DNA from: Syntrophales bacterium
Lineage (GTDB): Bacteria > Desulfobacterota > Syntrophia > Syntrophales > UBA2210
NCBI GenBank assembly: GCA_963662405.2
Contig: CAXXKT010000001.1
Location: 2,208,001 to 2,272,000, forward strand
Length of the DNA: 64,000 bases
Reading direction: 5' to 3'
Below the pieces are notes generated by a model. That model saw only the letters and a list, made by a program, of their open reading frames with translations. It was not told where the DNA came from and did no database searches. A program made the translations under genes and the position numbers. This document shows, piece by piece, positions 28,496 through 39,361 of this stretch; position 1 is the first letter of the stretch; each line of letters begins with the position of its first letter.

Positions 28496-29731
28496 ATGAC
28501 GAGTACATTACCATTACAGGGAGTCAGGGTTCTGGACTTCAGCACATATGCTGCCGCGCCGATCTGCTCCATGACACTGGCGGACTGGGGCGCAGATGTC
28601 GTCAAAATTGAATCGCTTGCGGGCGACATGTTTCGCTTTTTTGGTCTGATCATGATGTGTCCGGTTCAGGAGGACGACAACATTCAGTTTGAAATGGATA
28701 ATCGTAATAAACGGGGACTCTCCCTCAATCTGAAAAAGGATGAAGGAAAAGAAATTATCCAGAGGCTGCTTCAGACGGCGGATGTTATCGTCACGAATTA
28801 CCGCCCCAAGGCACTTCAGAGCCTTGGACTGGACTACGAAACGTTGTCCGGGAAGTATCCTCGCCTGATCTATGCTTATCTGAACGGATACGGGGATGAA
28901 GGACCCGACAAAGACAAACCTGGATTCGATTTATCCGCTTATTTCGCCCGGTCCGGCATTCTGATTGAGATGCCGGAGCCGGGTGATCCACCGCTGTCGG
29001 CTCTGGCGGGATTCGGGGACCACCCGACAGGCACCATCCTGGCCGGAGGCGTCAGCGCCGCCCTCCTGCAGAGAGAAAAAACCGGCAAAGGCTGTAAGGT
29101 GCAATCTTCACTCATCAATACCGCTCTGTGGAATCTGCAACTGAACATCGCCTCAGCCAACAACAACGCCCATCTTTCTGACGAGGAATACAACAAGAGT
29201 AAACCCTCACGGAAGAGACCCCGTTCGGCCCTGATGAATACCTATCAGGCAAAGGACGGCCGGTGGATCACGGTCATGGCCCTGGAACATGATCGCTACT
29301 GGAAGTCCTTTGCTGAAACGGTGCTGCTTCGCTCGGACTTGGTTGATGATCCTCGCTTTAATACCCAGGCGGCGGGATTTCAAAATGCCCAATTATTGGC
29401 GTCCATCATCGAAATCGAGTTCAGAAAATATACCGGGGATGAAATTCTACGGCGGTTGAATGCGGCGGACATCGCTCATGAAATCAATCTCCGCTGGAAA
29501 GAATTAAAAAATGACGCGCAGTGTCTGGAAAATGGTTTCATCATTGAACACCAAATGCCAAGCGGACGCACCGACTGGATCATGGGAAACCCCGTCAGGT
29601 TCAATGGCGAGAAGACATCAATCCGCCGGCAAGCGCCGCGCCTGGGCGAGCACAATGACGAGATCCTCACCGAGCTGGGTTACAGCTCCGAACAGATTAC
29701 AGCCTGGCGAGCCGGCATGATCGTCAAATAA
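28496..29731 (+). CDS. Family III (CaiB/BaiF) CoA transferase
   Basis: PLQGVRVLDF, LADWGADVVKIE, NRNKRGL, APRLGEHN. Confidence 0.95.
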   Translation: MTSTLPLQGVRVLDFSTYAAAPICSMTLADWGADVVKIESLAGDMFRFFGLIMMCPVQEDDNIQFEMDNRNKRGLSLNLKKDEGKEIIQRLLQTADVIVTNYRPKALQSLGLDYETLSGKYPRLIYAYLNGYGDEGPDKDKPGFDLSAYFARSGILIEMPEPGDPPLSALAGFGDHPTGTILAGGVSAALLQREKTGKGCKVQSSLINTALWNLQLNIASANNNAHLSDEEYNKSKPSRKRPRSALMNTYQAKDGRWITVMALEHDRYWKSFAETVLLRSDLVDDPRFNTQAAGFQNAQLLASIIEIEFRKYTGDEILRRLNAADIAHEINLRWKELKNDAQCLENGFIIEHQMPSGRTDWIMGNPVRFNGEKTSIRRQAPRLGEHNDEILTELGYSSEQITAWRAGMIVK

Positions 29732-29964
29732 ACTCTGAAACAAGATCGTACGTTCCACGGGAGCCCTGCATTACGTGAGGCCGGATGGAGCCCCCTGCCC
29801 TTAACAGAAAAGGGGGAATCGCTTGATGAACGCAGCCTCATTATTAGTTTCGCTAAAGTATATTCGGAACAGACAAAAGACATAGATGCATAATGATGAA
29901 AGAATAACACATGCAAACCGTCGGGGGGGTCCGGACCAACCAAACCAAATATTAAGGAGAGATT

Positions 29965-31239
29965 ATGATGAGAGACAACAAGCGATGGACGATTGTATCC
30001 TGGATATTCATTATCAACATGATTGCATACATGGATCGTATCAATCTGGCAGTGGCGGCGCCTGCGGTGATGACCGATTTGGGGATCACGCCATCCCAAA
30101 TGGGAGTTATCATGAGTGCCTTTCTTATCGGGTATGCGGTTTTGAACTTTCTCGGAGGCATTATCGCCGACCGTTTCTCTCCGGCGAAAATGCTGGCCAT
30201 TGTCACTATCTTCTGGTCTCTGATGACGTTTATGACTGGAATCGCCTGGTCTTTCTTCAGCTTTATGATCATCCGGATCATTTTCGGCATGTGTGAAGGG
30301 CCGCTGCCTACCGTCAATACAAAACTGGTCAATAACTGGGTCCTGCCCAATGAGAGGGGCACCGCGTCCAGCCTGTGGCTGGCGGCCATGATGCTGGGAA
30401 CATTTATCGGGGCTCCTTTAAGCAGTGTAATCATATCCAAGTGGGGCTGGCAGTATGTCTTTTACATTTTCTCGGCAGTGGGCCTGATCCTCGGTGTACT
30501 GGCCTTGCGGTTTGTAAAATCCAAGCCGGATGACCATAAGACTATCTCAGATACTGAGCGAAAATTGATTAATGATTCGATCAGCAAGCATCAGGAGAGC
30601 CAGTTGATGGCAAATATAAAACCACAGGGATTGGTTGCAGTATTACGGAACCCGTGGTCCTGGGTCCTGGCGATAGCCTATTCGGCAAGTGCGTTCCTGT
30701 TCTGGGCCAATTTGACTTGGCTTCCGACTTACTTTGTTGAAGCCAGAGGTACTTCTTTGCTCAAGGCCGGTATCTATTCCGGGTTACCCTATTTGCTGGG
30801 CATCTTAGGTCCCATGCTGTTCGGCTATCTTTCGGATAAGCTCAGCGGGGGGTGGCGCGCTCCTTGGAACATCGTAGGTCTGATCATCATCGTGCCGGCC
30901 ACCATTCTGGCGCTCAACGCACCAACCGTCGAGCTTTGCCTCTTGGGATTCTGCATTGCTATTTTTCTTCAGTGGGCCACCATTCCTCTGACGTTTGCCA
31001 TAATCATGGATCTCTTTCCCGCCAATGCCGTGGCTTCCGTAAGCGGTTTGATGGTTATGTGTTCTTCAGTGGCGGGCATCATTGCGCCCATCGTCGTGGG
31101 ATACATATACGAGGCGACGGGTTCTTTCAACATGCCCTATTATTATTTTTTAATCGGTATTGTTATCTCCCTCATCTTAACGATCGCCATGTTTTTCAAG
31201 GAAAGAAATGTGAGGAGAGCAAAAGTAATCGCCAATTAA
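29965..31239 (+). CDS. MFS transporter (anion:cation symporter-like)
   Basis: YMDRINLAVA, GGIIADRF, ERGTA; multiple TM segments. Confidence 0.93.
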   Translation: MMRDNKRWTIVSWIFIINMIAYMDRINLAVAAPAVMTDLGITPSQMGVIMSAFLIGYAVLNFLGGIIADRFSPAKMLAIVTIFWSLMTFMTGIAWSFFSFMIIRIIFGMCEGPLPTVNTKLVNNWVLPNERGTASSLWLAAMMLGTFIGAPLSSVIISKWGWQYVFYIFSAVGLILGVLALRFVKSKPDDHKTISDTERKLINDSISKHQESQLMANIKPQGLVAVLRNPWSWVLAIAYSASAFLFWANLTWLPTYFVEARGTSLLKAGIYSGLPYLLGILGPMLFGYLSDKLSGGWRAPWNIVGLIIIVPATILALNAPTVELCLLGFCIAIFLQWATIPLTFAIIMDLFPANAVASVSGLMVMCSSVAGIIAPIVVGYIYEATGSFNMPYYYFLIGIVISLILTIAMFFKERNVRRAKVIAN

Positions 31240-31424
31240 GAGAGTTGGTAACGTCGACAAATGATTAAAATTATCCGGAAACGATGGATTCAACATTCCT
31301 TTTTTTAAGACCGGTATAAACGGATGAGGAAGAGGATCGACCATAAATCTTGTTAAGACGGGTATGACCGTGGGACGATCACGTTCGCGGTCATGCTTTC
31401 AACAATAAGACAAGGAGAATGATC

Positions 31425-31556
31425 ATGGACAAAGAATCGGGTGTTTTAATTTCCGGTTGTTCATCGGGAATCGGCCTGGCGCTGGCTCGTGAGCTCGCTT
31501 CGCGAGGTTGCCGGGTATTGGCCACCGCTAAAAAAGATTTTTTCATGTGGTCGTAG
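31425..31556 (+). pseudogene. SDR N-terminal remnant
   Basis: RBS then MDKESGVLISGCSSGIGLALARELASRGCRVLATAKK...*. Confidence 0.7.
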
Positions 31557-31716
31557 ACAGAATGCCATGGATTTACTCGTAGATGAATGAGCCCGGCGGC
31601 GGTGCAATGCAAAGATGGTAAATCTCTACCCCCCCCATCAGTGTTTACCGTTTCTGCTGCTGTGGGAAGGCGATATCCACATGCCGCCGCCGGGTCCTGA
31701 ATCTTGGCATGTGTGG

Positions 31717-32055
31717 TTACCCGTAAGTTAATGCCTGGCTGTACCGCATCAGTTCCTCGATTCCGGCATGCCAGATGCCGCCATTGAAGGAGATTCCGAA
31801 GTTCCTGCAGGGACTTGGTCTCCGATCGTATATCGCACAGTGGACCGCCTGTCCGACTTCCCCTTCGAGGGCGATGCACTGGGAGTGGCTCCGGTTCGTC
31901 CTCTTCATACAGAGCCGCAGTTCCCTCAGGTGGTCCGTCAGTTCGGGGGGAACCACCCCGCCGCTCTCCTCGTCCCCCTCACGCCAGTAAAAAGAGCCCC
32001 TGAAGACGGCACAGCACGCCCCGAGGCCAGACCGGGATTGTCCGTGAAATCGTAT
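31717..32055 (-). pseudogene. Frameshifted YkgJ-type cysteine-cluster protein
   Basis: DNP.LA / GACCAVFR.SFYWREGD...VVPPELT...CIALEGEVG..V.CAIYDRRPSPCR split across frames. Confidence 0.65.
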
Positions 32056-32328
32056 CTTTGTACCGATGGGTGTGCTGGATCAATGATCGGCATCTGCATG
32101 TTCCTTTCATGCCTCTGTCAAAGGCGGCAGGGATTGTACGCCGAAAATAAAAGCTGTCAGGAGAGATCTTTCAGGATTTACCGCTTAGTATGGTGATCCT
32201 GCCTCCGACCTTCCTGTCGGAGGAGAGTCTCTTGACAGAGTTCTTTCTTTTTATCTATAGTGCGCCTGAGCGGATGCAGGAAGTGCCGGGGCATCGCCAT
32301 GAAACGAATTCGAAAGAGCGTGTGATTT

Positions 32329-32913
32329 ATGGAACCATTGATTTCGCGCATCGACCACGTGTCGATCGCCGTTCGTGACTATGAGAAGGCTGAACACTTC
32401 TTCCGCACCGTTTTGGGGGTGATACCGGGGGCGGTTGCCGAAGATCCCGTGATGAAGTATGTGTGGCAGATATTTTCCTTGGGTGACATGAGCCGGCTTG
32501 AGTTGATGCGGGCGACGGGGGAGGGGAGCTTCCTCGATAATTTCCTCGCGGAAAGGGGCGGGGGGGTCCACCACGTGACCCTGCAGACATCGGATATTGA
32601 AAGGGCGAGGGATGTCCTCGAGAAAAACGGTATCCCCTATTTCGGGTACAACGCATACGCGGATAGTTACTGGAAGGAACTGTTCATCCATCCCCGTGAT
32701 GCCTTCGGCGTCCTGATCCAGATCGCCGAGTTTCATGCCCCGGACTGGTTGAACGAAGAGGTCAACCTCCCCAGGGGAAAACGGTGGGAGATCGATACGA
32801 CGGATGAAGGAATCCGCCTCAATCTCGCCCACCCCGGCGGTGGCCGGATGCGACTGGAACTCACTCAGGACGAGGTCAAAAATCTGATTGCCGATCTTAA
32901 TAAGAATCTATAA
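32329..32913 (+). CDS. VOC-family protein, methylmalonyl-CoA epimerase-like
   Basis: IDHVSIAV, LELM, GGVHHV, FIHPRDAFGVLIQ. Confidence 0.85.
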   Translation: MEPLISRIDHVSIAVRDYEKAEHFFRTVLGVIPGAVAEDPVMKYVWQIFSLGDMSRLELMRATGEGSFLDNFLAERGGGVHHVTLQTSDIERARDVLEKNGIPYFGYNAYADSYWKELFIHPRDAFGVLIQIAEFHAPDWLNEEVNLPRGKRWEIDTTDEGIRLNLAHPGGGRMRLELTQDEVKNLIADLNKNL

Positions 32914-32987
32914 GGGGGAACAGGGCGTACTGATGAGGACCATATCCCGGGTGACAGAAATACACGACACCCGGTCTTCTTGATTCG

Positions 32988-33548
32988 CTATCCCAGGATT
33001 TTCGCTTCCTTTGCGACATCGCCAATGGCCCGGTGCAGATCGGCCAGGCTGCCGTCGTTCCCGATGGTGTACTGCGCCTGCCGCCCCGCCTCCGCGACGT
33101 GGAAGAGATCCTCTTCTTTCCGGTCCAGGGCGAGGAACTGTTCAAAGCTGTGGGGATCACGTTCCTCCCCCCGTGCGACCATTCGCTCGTATCGCTGCCT
33201 GGAGTCGGTCATGGCGACGTTGATCAGGATGAAATCGTCCGCGAAGAATTCTCTGAGAATCGTGACATCGGCCAGTGACCGGATCCCGCTGATCCCCACC
33301 GCCTGATCTTTTTCTTTCTTGATCCGTTCGGCCAGGAGCCTGACGAAGCACCCCTCGCCCCGCTCGCGGAACCAGCGCTCCGAGATGGCGCGGAGGTTGT
33401 CGCGCGTTGCCTCCACCCCCTCCTTCGCCGCGATATCCCGCACCATATCGCCCGTGGAGAAAAAGGGGACACCGTAGGTAGCCTTGAGGTACTTGAGGAC
33501 CTCGTCTTTCCCCGAGCCGTTCTGACCGACTGCACCGATAATCTTCAT
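32988..33548 (-). CDS. P-loop kinase, dephospho-CoA kinase-like
   Basis: GQNGSGKD, STGDMVR, GIRS, NDGSL. Confidence 0.75.
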   Translation of the reverse strand: MKIIGAVGQNGSGKDEVLKYLKATYGVPFFSTGDMVRDIAAKEGVEATRDNLRAISERWFRERGEGCFVRLLAERIKKEKDQAVGISGIRSLADVTILREFFADDFILINVAMTDSRQRYERMVARGEERDPHSFEQFLALDRKEEDLFHVAEAGRQAQYTIGNDGSLADLHRAIGDVAKEAKILG

Positions 33549-33641
33549 AATAGCTCCTCCTTGAGAGAGGTGAGGATTATAAAAGAAAATCCCCACCCGC
33601 TGATCGCGGGCAGGGATTCGTGTGCTCTTTGTTGTATGCGT

Positions 33642-36600
33642 TTACACTTCGGCGTCGCACCGCAGGCAGCGAGATGCCTCTTTGATGGCGATCTCGATGG
33701 CGTAGCCGAGTTCCACCTCGTCGAAGTTGGTCTTCCGCTGGGCGGCATCCAGCTCCGGCATGGCGGCCTGAGGCTGTTCCTCCGATTCTTCGTCGATCTC
33801 GAAGGGGATATCGATATCTTCGACCGGGGCCTCCCAGGGGAGTTCGCCGTTCTTGGCGCGGATCGCACTGTCGATATCCTCGGCGGCCTGATGTCCCGCC
33901 CCGATGGCGCCGACGACCGTCCATGGTCCGGTCACCGCGTCACCTCCGGCGTAAAACTTTTCGCTGGTGGTGCGGGACTTGCACCCCTCAGCGAGGTCGA
34001 AGCACTCCCACCGGTTGACCGTAACATCGCTCTCCTTCGGTACGAAGGAAAGATCAGGTGTCTGGCCGATGGCGGCGACGACGGCATCGACGCCGAGGGT
34101 GAACTCGGAACCTTCAACAACGACAGGCCGTCTCCGCCCGCTGTTGTCGAAGTCTCCCGCCTTCATCCGCTCGCAGGTGATGCCGGTTACCTTGTCCTTC
34201 TCCACGACGATCTTCTTGGGGGCCACGAAGTACTCGATCTTGATACCCTCATGCTCGGCGGCGATGATCTCTTCCTCGGCCGCGGGCATGTCCTCGCGCG
34301 TCCTCCGGTAAAGGATCGTGACGTCCGCCCCGAGGCGGAGCGCGCACCGGGCGGCGTCAATGGCGGAGTTGCCTCCACCGATCACCGCGACCCGGGAACC
34401 GAGGGTCTTCTCGCCCTTCAACCAGGCATCCTCGTTGAGATTGAAGTCTCTCAGGAATTCGACGCCGCCGAAGACACCGGCCGCGTCTTCTCCTTCGACC
34501 CTCATCCGCTGGCTCTTGTGCGCACCGGGGGCCATATAGATGTAGTCGTATTTCTTTTCCACGTCCTCGAAGGAAATGTCCTTGCCGACGCGGGTGTTGC
34601 ACTTGATCTCCACGCCCAGGGCTCGGATGTCGTCGATCTCTCCGGCGAGGATGTCACGGGGCAACCGGTATGAGGGGATCCCGTAGCGGGTCATCCCTCC
34701 CGGTTCGGGGAGCTCCTCGAAGACGGTCACGGCGTAGCCGCGCAGGGCCAGATCCTTAGCGGCGGTGAGACCCGCGGGTCCAGCGCCGACAACCGCGATT
34801 TTCTCCTTCCGGTCGACCGTGACGGGGTCGACCGCCGGACGGGTCGCGTTGTCGGTGATGAACCGTTTGATGAATTTGATGGCAAGCGATTCATCCAGGG
34901 TATTGCGTCGGCACTTGGATTGACACTGATGGTCACAGACCCTCCCGCAGATGGCGGGGAAGGGGTTCGTCTTCATCATGACCCGGTAGGCGTCGTCGAA
35001 TCTCTTGGCGCGAACCAGTGCCATGTACTGAGGAACATCCATGCCGATCGGACAGGCGTTCTGACAGGGCGACTTGAAGAGCGCCGAGCAGACACCGGCC
35101 GAGCAGTGCTTGTCTCTGATGTGGGCCTCGTATTCGGCCCTGAAATACCGGAGGGTGCTCAGGACGGGGTTGGGGGCCGTCTGACCGAGGCCGCAGAGGG
35201 CCGCGTTCTTGATTACGTCGGCCATCTCTTCGAGGAGTTCGATGTCTCCCTCCTGGCCTCTTCCCTCGCAGATGTTGGTGAGGATCTCCAGCATTCGTTT
35301 CGTCCCCTCGCGGCAGGGGGTGCACTTACCGCAGGATTCATCCTGGCAGAAGTCCATAAAGAACCGGGCCATATCGACGGGACACATGTCTTCGTTCATG
35401 ACGATCAGTCCGCCGGACCCCATGATGGCCCCCAGTTTTGCGACGTTCTCATAATCCACCGGGGCGTTGAGGTGCTGGACGGGGATCATCCCGCCGGAGG
35501 GACCGCCCAGCTGTGCGGCCTTGAACTTCTTTCCCTTCGGTATGCCGCCGCCGATATCGTACACGATGGTCCCGAGGGAGGTCCCCATGGGTACCTCGAC
35601 GAGGCCGACGTTGTTGACGTCACCCGTGAGGGCGAAGACCTTGGTCCCCTTACTGGTCTCGTTTCCGACGTTGGCGAACCAGGCGCTTCCCTTCGCGATC
35701 ACCTGACCGACGCTGGCCAGGGTCTCCACATTATTCAGTACGCTCGGTTTCTGCCAGAGGCCGGCGACGGCGGGGAAGGGGGGGCGGGGCCTTGGCATCC
35801 CGCGGTTTCCCTCGATCGATGTCATGAGCGCCGTCTCTTCGCCGCAGACAAAGGCGCCCGCGCCCTGGTAGACCTCGAGGTCGAAGTCAAACCCGGTGTC
35901 GAGGATATTCTCGCCGAGGAGGCCGTATTCCTTTGCTTGTCCTATGGCGATGTCCAGGCGGCGGAGGGCCAGGGGATATTCAGCACGGCAGTAGATGTAT
36001 CCCTTGTGAGCCCCGATCGCCTTCGCGGCGATGATCATCCCCTCGAGGACGGCGTGGGGGTCGGCCTCAAGGACGCTCCGGTCCATGAACGCCCCGGGAT
36101 CGCCCTCGTCGGCGTTGCACAGGACGTACTTGACGTCATTCTGCGACTGGGAGGCGAACTTCCACTTCAGGCCGGTCGGAAAGCCGGCGCCGCCGCGCCC
36201 GCGGAGGCCGGAGTCGAGGACCTCCTGGATGATCTCCTCCGACGTCATCTCGGTGAGGGCCTTGGCCATCCCGGCGTACCCGTCGCGCGCGATGTACTCG
36301 TCGATCACTTCCGGATCGATCAACCCCTTGTTCCTGAGCACCCGCAGTTCCTGGTGGGCGAAGAAGGGAATCTCGTTCATCTTGGGGATCGTCTCCTCCG
36401 TGGACGGCTCCTTGTACAGGAGGCGCTCCAGGGGTCTTCCCTTGAGGAGATGTTCTTCAACCAGTTCGGGAACATCCTCCGGCTGGACCATCATGTAGAT
36501 GATACCGTCCGGGTAGACGACCATGATGGGCCCCATGGCGCAGAAGCCGTTACAGCCCGTTTCAACCAGCTTTATTTCATCGGCGAGGCCCTGTTTGTCC

Positions 36601-36695
36601 AGCTCCACGGCGAGTGCCTGCTTGACTTTTGCGCTCCCCGTGGCGTGACATCCGGTACCCCCGCAGATCAGTATGTGAGACCGAAAAACTTTCAT
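33642..36695 (-). CDS. NuoF/HydB-type NADH-binding flavoprotein fused to a GltD-like FAD/NAD(P) domain
   Basis: SGLRGRGGAGFPTG, NADEGDPGAFMDR, GAGAFVCGEETAL, ESCGKCTPCREG; then CGRVC, VGAGPAG, GGGNSA, EASRCLRC. Confidence 0.93.
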   Translation of the reverse strand: MKVFRSHILICGGTGCHATGSAKVKQALAVELDKQGLADEIKLVETGCNGFCAMGPIMVVYPDGIIYMMVQPEDVPELVEEHLLKGRPLERLLYKEPSTEETIPKMNEIPFFAHQELRVLRNKGLIDPEVIDEYIARDGYAGMAKALTEMTSEEIIQEVLDSGLRGRGGAGFPTGLKWKFASQSQNDVKYVLCNADEGDPGAFMDRSVLEADPHAVLEGMIIAAKAIGAHKGYIYCRAEYPLALRRLDIAIGQAKEYGLLGENILDTGFDFDLEVYQGAGAFVCGEETALMTSIEGNRGMPRPRPPFPAVAGLWQKPSVLNNVETLASVGQVIAKGSAWFANVGNETSKGTKVFALTGDVNNVGLVEVPMGTSLGTIVYDIGGGIPKGKKFKAAQLGGPSGGMIPVQHLNAPVDYENVAKLGAIMGSGGLIVMNEDMCPVDMARFFMDFCQDESCGKCTPCREGTKRMLEILTNICEGRGQEGDIELLEEMADVIKNAALCGLGQTAPNPVLSTLRYFRAEYEAHIRDKHCSAGVCSALFKSPCQNACPIGMDVPQYMALVRAKRFDDAYRVMMKTNPFPAICGRVCDHQCQSKCRRNTLDESLAIKFIKRFITDNATRPAVDPVTVDRKEKIAVVGAGPAGLTAAKDLALRGYAVTVFEELPEPGGMTRYGIPSYRLPRDILAGEIDDIRALGVEIKCNTRVGKDISFEDVEKKYDYIYMAPGAHKSQRMRVEGEDAAGVFGGVEFLRDFNLNEDAWLKGEKTLGSRVAVIGGGNSAIDAARCALRLGADVTILYRRTREDMPAAEEEIIAAEHEGIKIEYFVAPKKIVVEKDKVTGITCERMKAGDFDNSGRRRPVVVEGSEFTLGVDAVVAAIGQTPDLSFVPKESDVTVNRWECFDLAEGCKSRTTSEKFYAGGDAVTGPWTVVGAIGAGHQAAEDIDSAIRAKNGELPWEAPVEDIDIPFEIDEESEEQPQAAMPELDAAQRKTNFDEVELGYAIEIAIKEASRCLRCDAEV

Positions 36696-36737
36696 CGGAT
36701 ATGTATCCTCCTTCAGTAGTAGTTGTGTCTCCTTGTC

Positions 36738-37112
36738 CTATTCCGTGACCTTGGCCAGGACAAAGGGGGTCTGTACCTCGCCCTCGAGGATGTGCCTCTT
36801 GAAGACCTGCCTCATCTTATTGGGGTTCATGAATTCATAGATGATGGGATCCTGTCCGAGTATCTCAACGGTTATCTCCGGCTCTCTGCTGCACAGGCCC
36901 ATGCATCCCGACGTGGTGACGACGACGTCGTTGACACCCGCCTCTTCAATCTCGCTCATCAGGGTATCCATCACCTCGCGCGCCCCGGCGGCTATTCCAC
37001 AGGTCCCCATGTGGACAGTGACCTTAGCCCGTCTTTCCCCCGCTCTCAGGGCGGTCTCACCCTGCACACGCTCCTTGATCTTCTTCAGATCTTCTATCTT
37101 TAGTTTTGCCAT
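36738..37112 (-). CDS. Thioredoxin-like [2Fe-2S] ferredoxin (HndB/HydD-like)
   Basis: VHMGTCGIAAGA, SGCMGLCSREP. Confidence 0.9.
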   Translation of the reverse strand: MAKLKIEDLKKIKERVQGETALRAGERRAKVTVHMGTCGIAAGAREVMDTLMSEIEEAGVNDVVVTTSGCMGLCSREPEITVEILGQDPIIYEFMNPNKMRQVFKRHILEGEVQTPFVLAKVTE

Positions 37113-37123
37113 GTCGTACCCCT

Positions 37124-37618
37124 CTAATTGTATTGCTGTAGGATGCCCTTCAGTTTGTCGGGCTTGACCCTCCCGTGGATGTCCTCATCAACGACAACGA
37201 CCGGCCCCAGGCCGCACGCCCCGAGGCACCGGACCGTTTCATAGGTGAACATGCGATCCGCCGTTGTCTCCCCCTCCTTGATACCGAAGAGTTTTTCCAT
37301 GTTTTCGGCGATCTTCTTGCCGCCTCTTACATAGCAGGCGGTACCCAGACAGACACGCACGGTGTGCTTCCCGCGCGGGTGCATGGTAAAGAAGGAATAA
37401 AAAGTGACAACGCCGTAGACGTGGCTGAAGGGTATGCCGAGCTCCCTGCCGATCCTTTTCTGCACGGGGACCGGAAGGAACCCCAGAAGCTCCTGGGCCC
37501 TTTCCAGCACCGGGATCAAACCCCCGGGCTGACCCTTGTGCCGCTCGATAATCCCGTCCAATTCCTTGATCTGTTCCGCGGTAAACTCTTTTACAAGCTC
37601 ATTGTACTCTGAATCCAT
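37124..37618 (-). CDS. NuoE/HydC-type [2Fe-2S] subunit
   Basis: GVVTFYSFF, VCLGTACYVRG, RCLGACGLGP. Confidence 0.93.
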   Translation of the reverse strand: MDSEYNELVKEFTAEQIKELDGIIERHKGQPGGLIPVLERAQELLGFLPVPVQKRIGRELGIPFSHVYGVVTFYSFFTMHPRGKHTVRVCLGTACYVRGGKKIAENMEKLFGIKEGETTADRMFTYETVRCLGACGLGPVVVVDEDIHGRVKPDKLKGILQQYN

Positions 37619-37659
37619 ATATTCCTCCTTGATGGAAAGTCAAAAGAGAGAGCGAGGTG

Positions 37660-38208
37660 CTATCTCCCGGCCCCGATCTCTTTCAGACTATCCTGTATGT
37701 TTTTCTTCAAAAATTGCAGAACCGTCGGATGGTTAATAGGAATGTCATCCAACTCTCTTTTCAGGTCCCGCGTATCCAATGTGTATGAATCATTGCCGTT
37801 TACGTGTGTATACACAAAATCAACCCCCGGATTACCGGTTATCAGCGTCGCCACGGTTGACGCCATGTCGCCCAAGGGCTGGCGATCGATGTGGCTGTAT
37901 CCAAAGTCCGCTGCCACCGTTGTCCCTTCACCTCGCTTCGATCTGATCGTACACCCTCCACCGGTGATCGTGGCGGCCTGGGAGAGCATGGGAAGGCCCA
38001 GTCCTACTCGGCGCACCGTTTTTGATGTGTAAAAGGGGCTCAGGGCCTTCTGAACGGCATTCCGGCCCATCCCCTCGCCGTTGTCGATGATCTCGATACG
38101 CAGGATATCGTGTTTCCGGTCCTCGGTGATGCCGATCCGTATGAGGTTTGCCCCCGCCCGCGTGGAGTTCTCGGCGATATCGAGAATATGCATGGCGAGT
38201 TCCTGCAC
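37660..38208 (-). CDS. HATPase (histidine-kinase-like ATP-binding) protein
   Basis: HILDIAENS, DNGEGM, PFYTSK..RRVGLGLP, HIDRQPLGD. Confidence 0.88.
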   Translation of the reverse strand: MQELAMHILDIAENSTRAGANLIRIGITEDRKHDILRIEIIDNGEGMGRNAVQKALSPFYTSKTVRRVGLGLPMLSQAATITGGGCTIRSKRGEGTTVAADFGYSHIDRQPLGDMASTVATLITGNPGVDFVYTHVNGNDSYTLDTRDLKRELDDIPINHPTVLQFLKKNIQDSLKEIGAGR

Positions 38209-38211
38209 GGG

Positions 38212-38964
38212 TCACTCCTCGATGAACCGTCCCTCACGCCCCGCGAAGGCCATCTTCAACTCGGGAAGTGAGGGTTCCTTCATAACGATCCGCGTGACCC
38301 CTGTTCCGATGTCTCGAATAAAGTGGGCGTCGGACGACTCGATGAAGGGATAGCTTCTCAGCTCAGGATATCGGTCACGCGCCATCTTCGCCCCCGTCCT
38401 GCGGGATATCTCAATGGCATCAAAGCGTATATCGGGGGGGATAAATCCCAGCTGCCCCATGACGCTGAAACTTTCCCGGTCAATATGCGCGGCGATCGCG
38501 ATCCCACCTGCGGCATGAACGACCTCAACGACCTCCTGGAGGGAGAGATCCGTGGCGCCTATGAGGAGCCGGTCGTTGAATCCCTCCACTTCGTCCGCCG
38601 CATTGACGATCGCCTGACAGCCGAATATCTCTTCCCGATTCGAACCGGAAAGAGCGGCATAGATCGTTCCCTGCACCCTCGACAGGTCAGCAACTGTTTC
38701 AAAGAGCGTAATGACGTGGGCCTCTTCTTTGGACGTGATTTCCATTCCGGGGAAGACGTGAAGGGGTTTCCCTCGGGCGGCTTCGATCACGTACGGGACA
38801 TTCTCGGAGGCGTTGTGATCGCATATGCCGATCACATCCAACCCTGCGGCGACCGATCTCGCGACAAGGGCTGAGGGATACATATCCAGATCCGCACAGG
38901 GGGAAAGACAGGTATGTATATGTAAATCACACCGGAACTCCTTGATCCCCGTTGCCATAGGCAC
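38212..38964 (-). CDS. PHP-domain protein
   Basis: DLHIHTCLSPC, DHN, AHIDR, SSDAH. Confidence 0.92.
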   Translation of the reverse strand: MPMATGIKEFRCDLHIHTCLSPCADLDMYPSALVARSVAAGLDVIGICDHNASENVPYVIEAARGKPLHVFPGMEITSKEEAHVITLFETVADLSRVQGTIYAALSGSNREEIFGCQAIVNAADEVEGFNDRLLIGATDLSLQEVVEVVHAAGGIAIAAHIDRESFSVMGQLGFIPPDIRFDAIEISRRTGAKMARDRYPELRSYPFIESSDAHFIRDIGTGVTRIVMKEPSLPELKMAFAGREGRFIEE

Positions 38965-39020
38965 GCATCCCGATCCTGAAAAGCCTCCTGCCGTCCGATA
39001 GTGTCCCTGTGCATCACCCG

Positions 39021-39356
39021 TCAGGGATGCATGAGGGTATATATCCGGCCGGCGATTTCAAATCCGGACAGTTCGGTCGACAGGATGGGGATTCCCTCCT
39101 GTGAGGCTCGTTGGATGGTGTCCTCGTCGGGGTGTCTCCCCTGAATGAGGATAATCCCCGCCTGTTCCTTCAGGACACTTACCGCCACGATATTCTGGTG
39201 CGTCTGACAGGTGATCCATACGTCGCCGCTCTTGCTCCCCGCCATAACGTTGCTGAGAAGATCGCCGACGTACCCGCCCGACACCTCTCTGTCCAGGTGG
39301 CCCTCGCCACATTGTACCGTGAGGCCTAATTGCTCAACCAGAAATGCCACATCCAT
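39021..39356 (-). CDS. DRTGG-domain protein
   Basis: GGYVGDLLSNVM, WITCQTHQNIVAV. Confidence 0.85.
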   Translation of the reverse strand: MDVAFLVEQLGLTVQCGEGHLDREVSGGYVGDLLSNVMAGSKSGDVWITCQTHQNIVAVSVLKEQAGIILIQGRHPDEDTIQRASQEGIPILSTELSGFEIAGRIYTLMHP

Positions 39357-39361
39357 TTATC

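Noticed and set aside
33561..36719. Long plus-strand ORFs of 370 and 599 aa
   Set aside because: Antisense shadows of the GC-rich NuoF-GltD gene, with no recognisable motifs.
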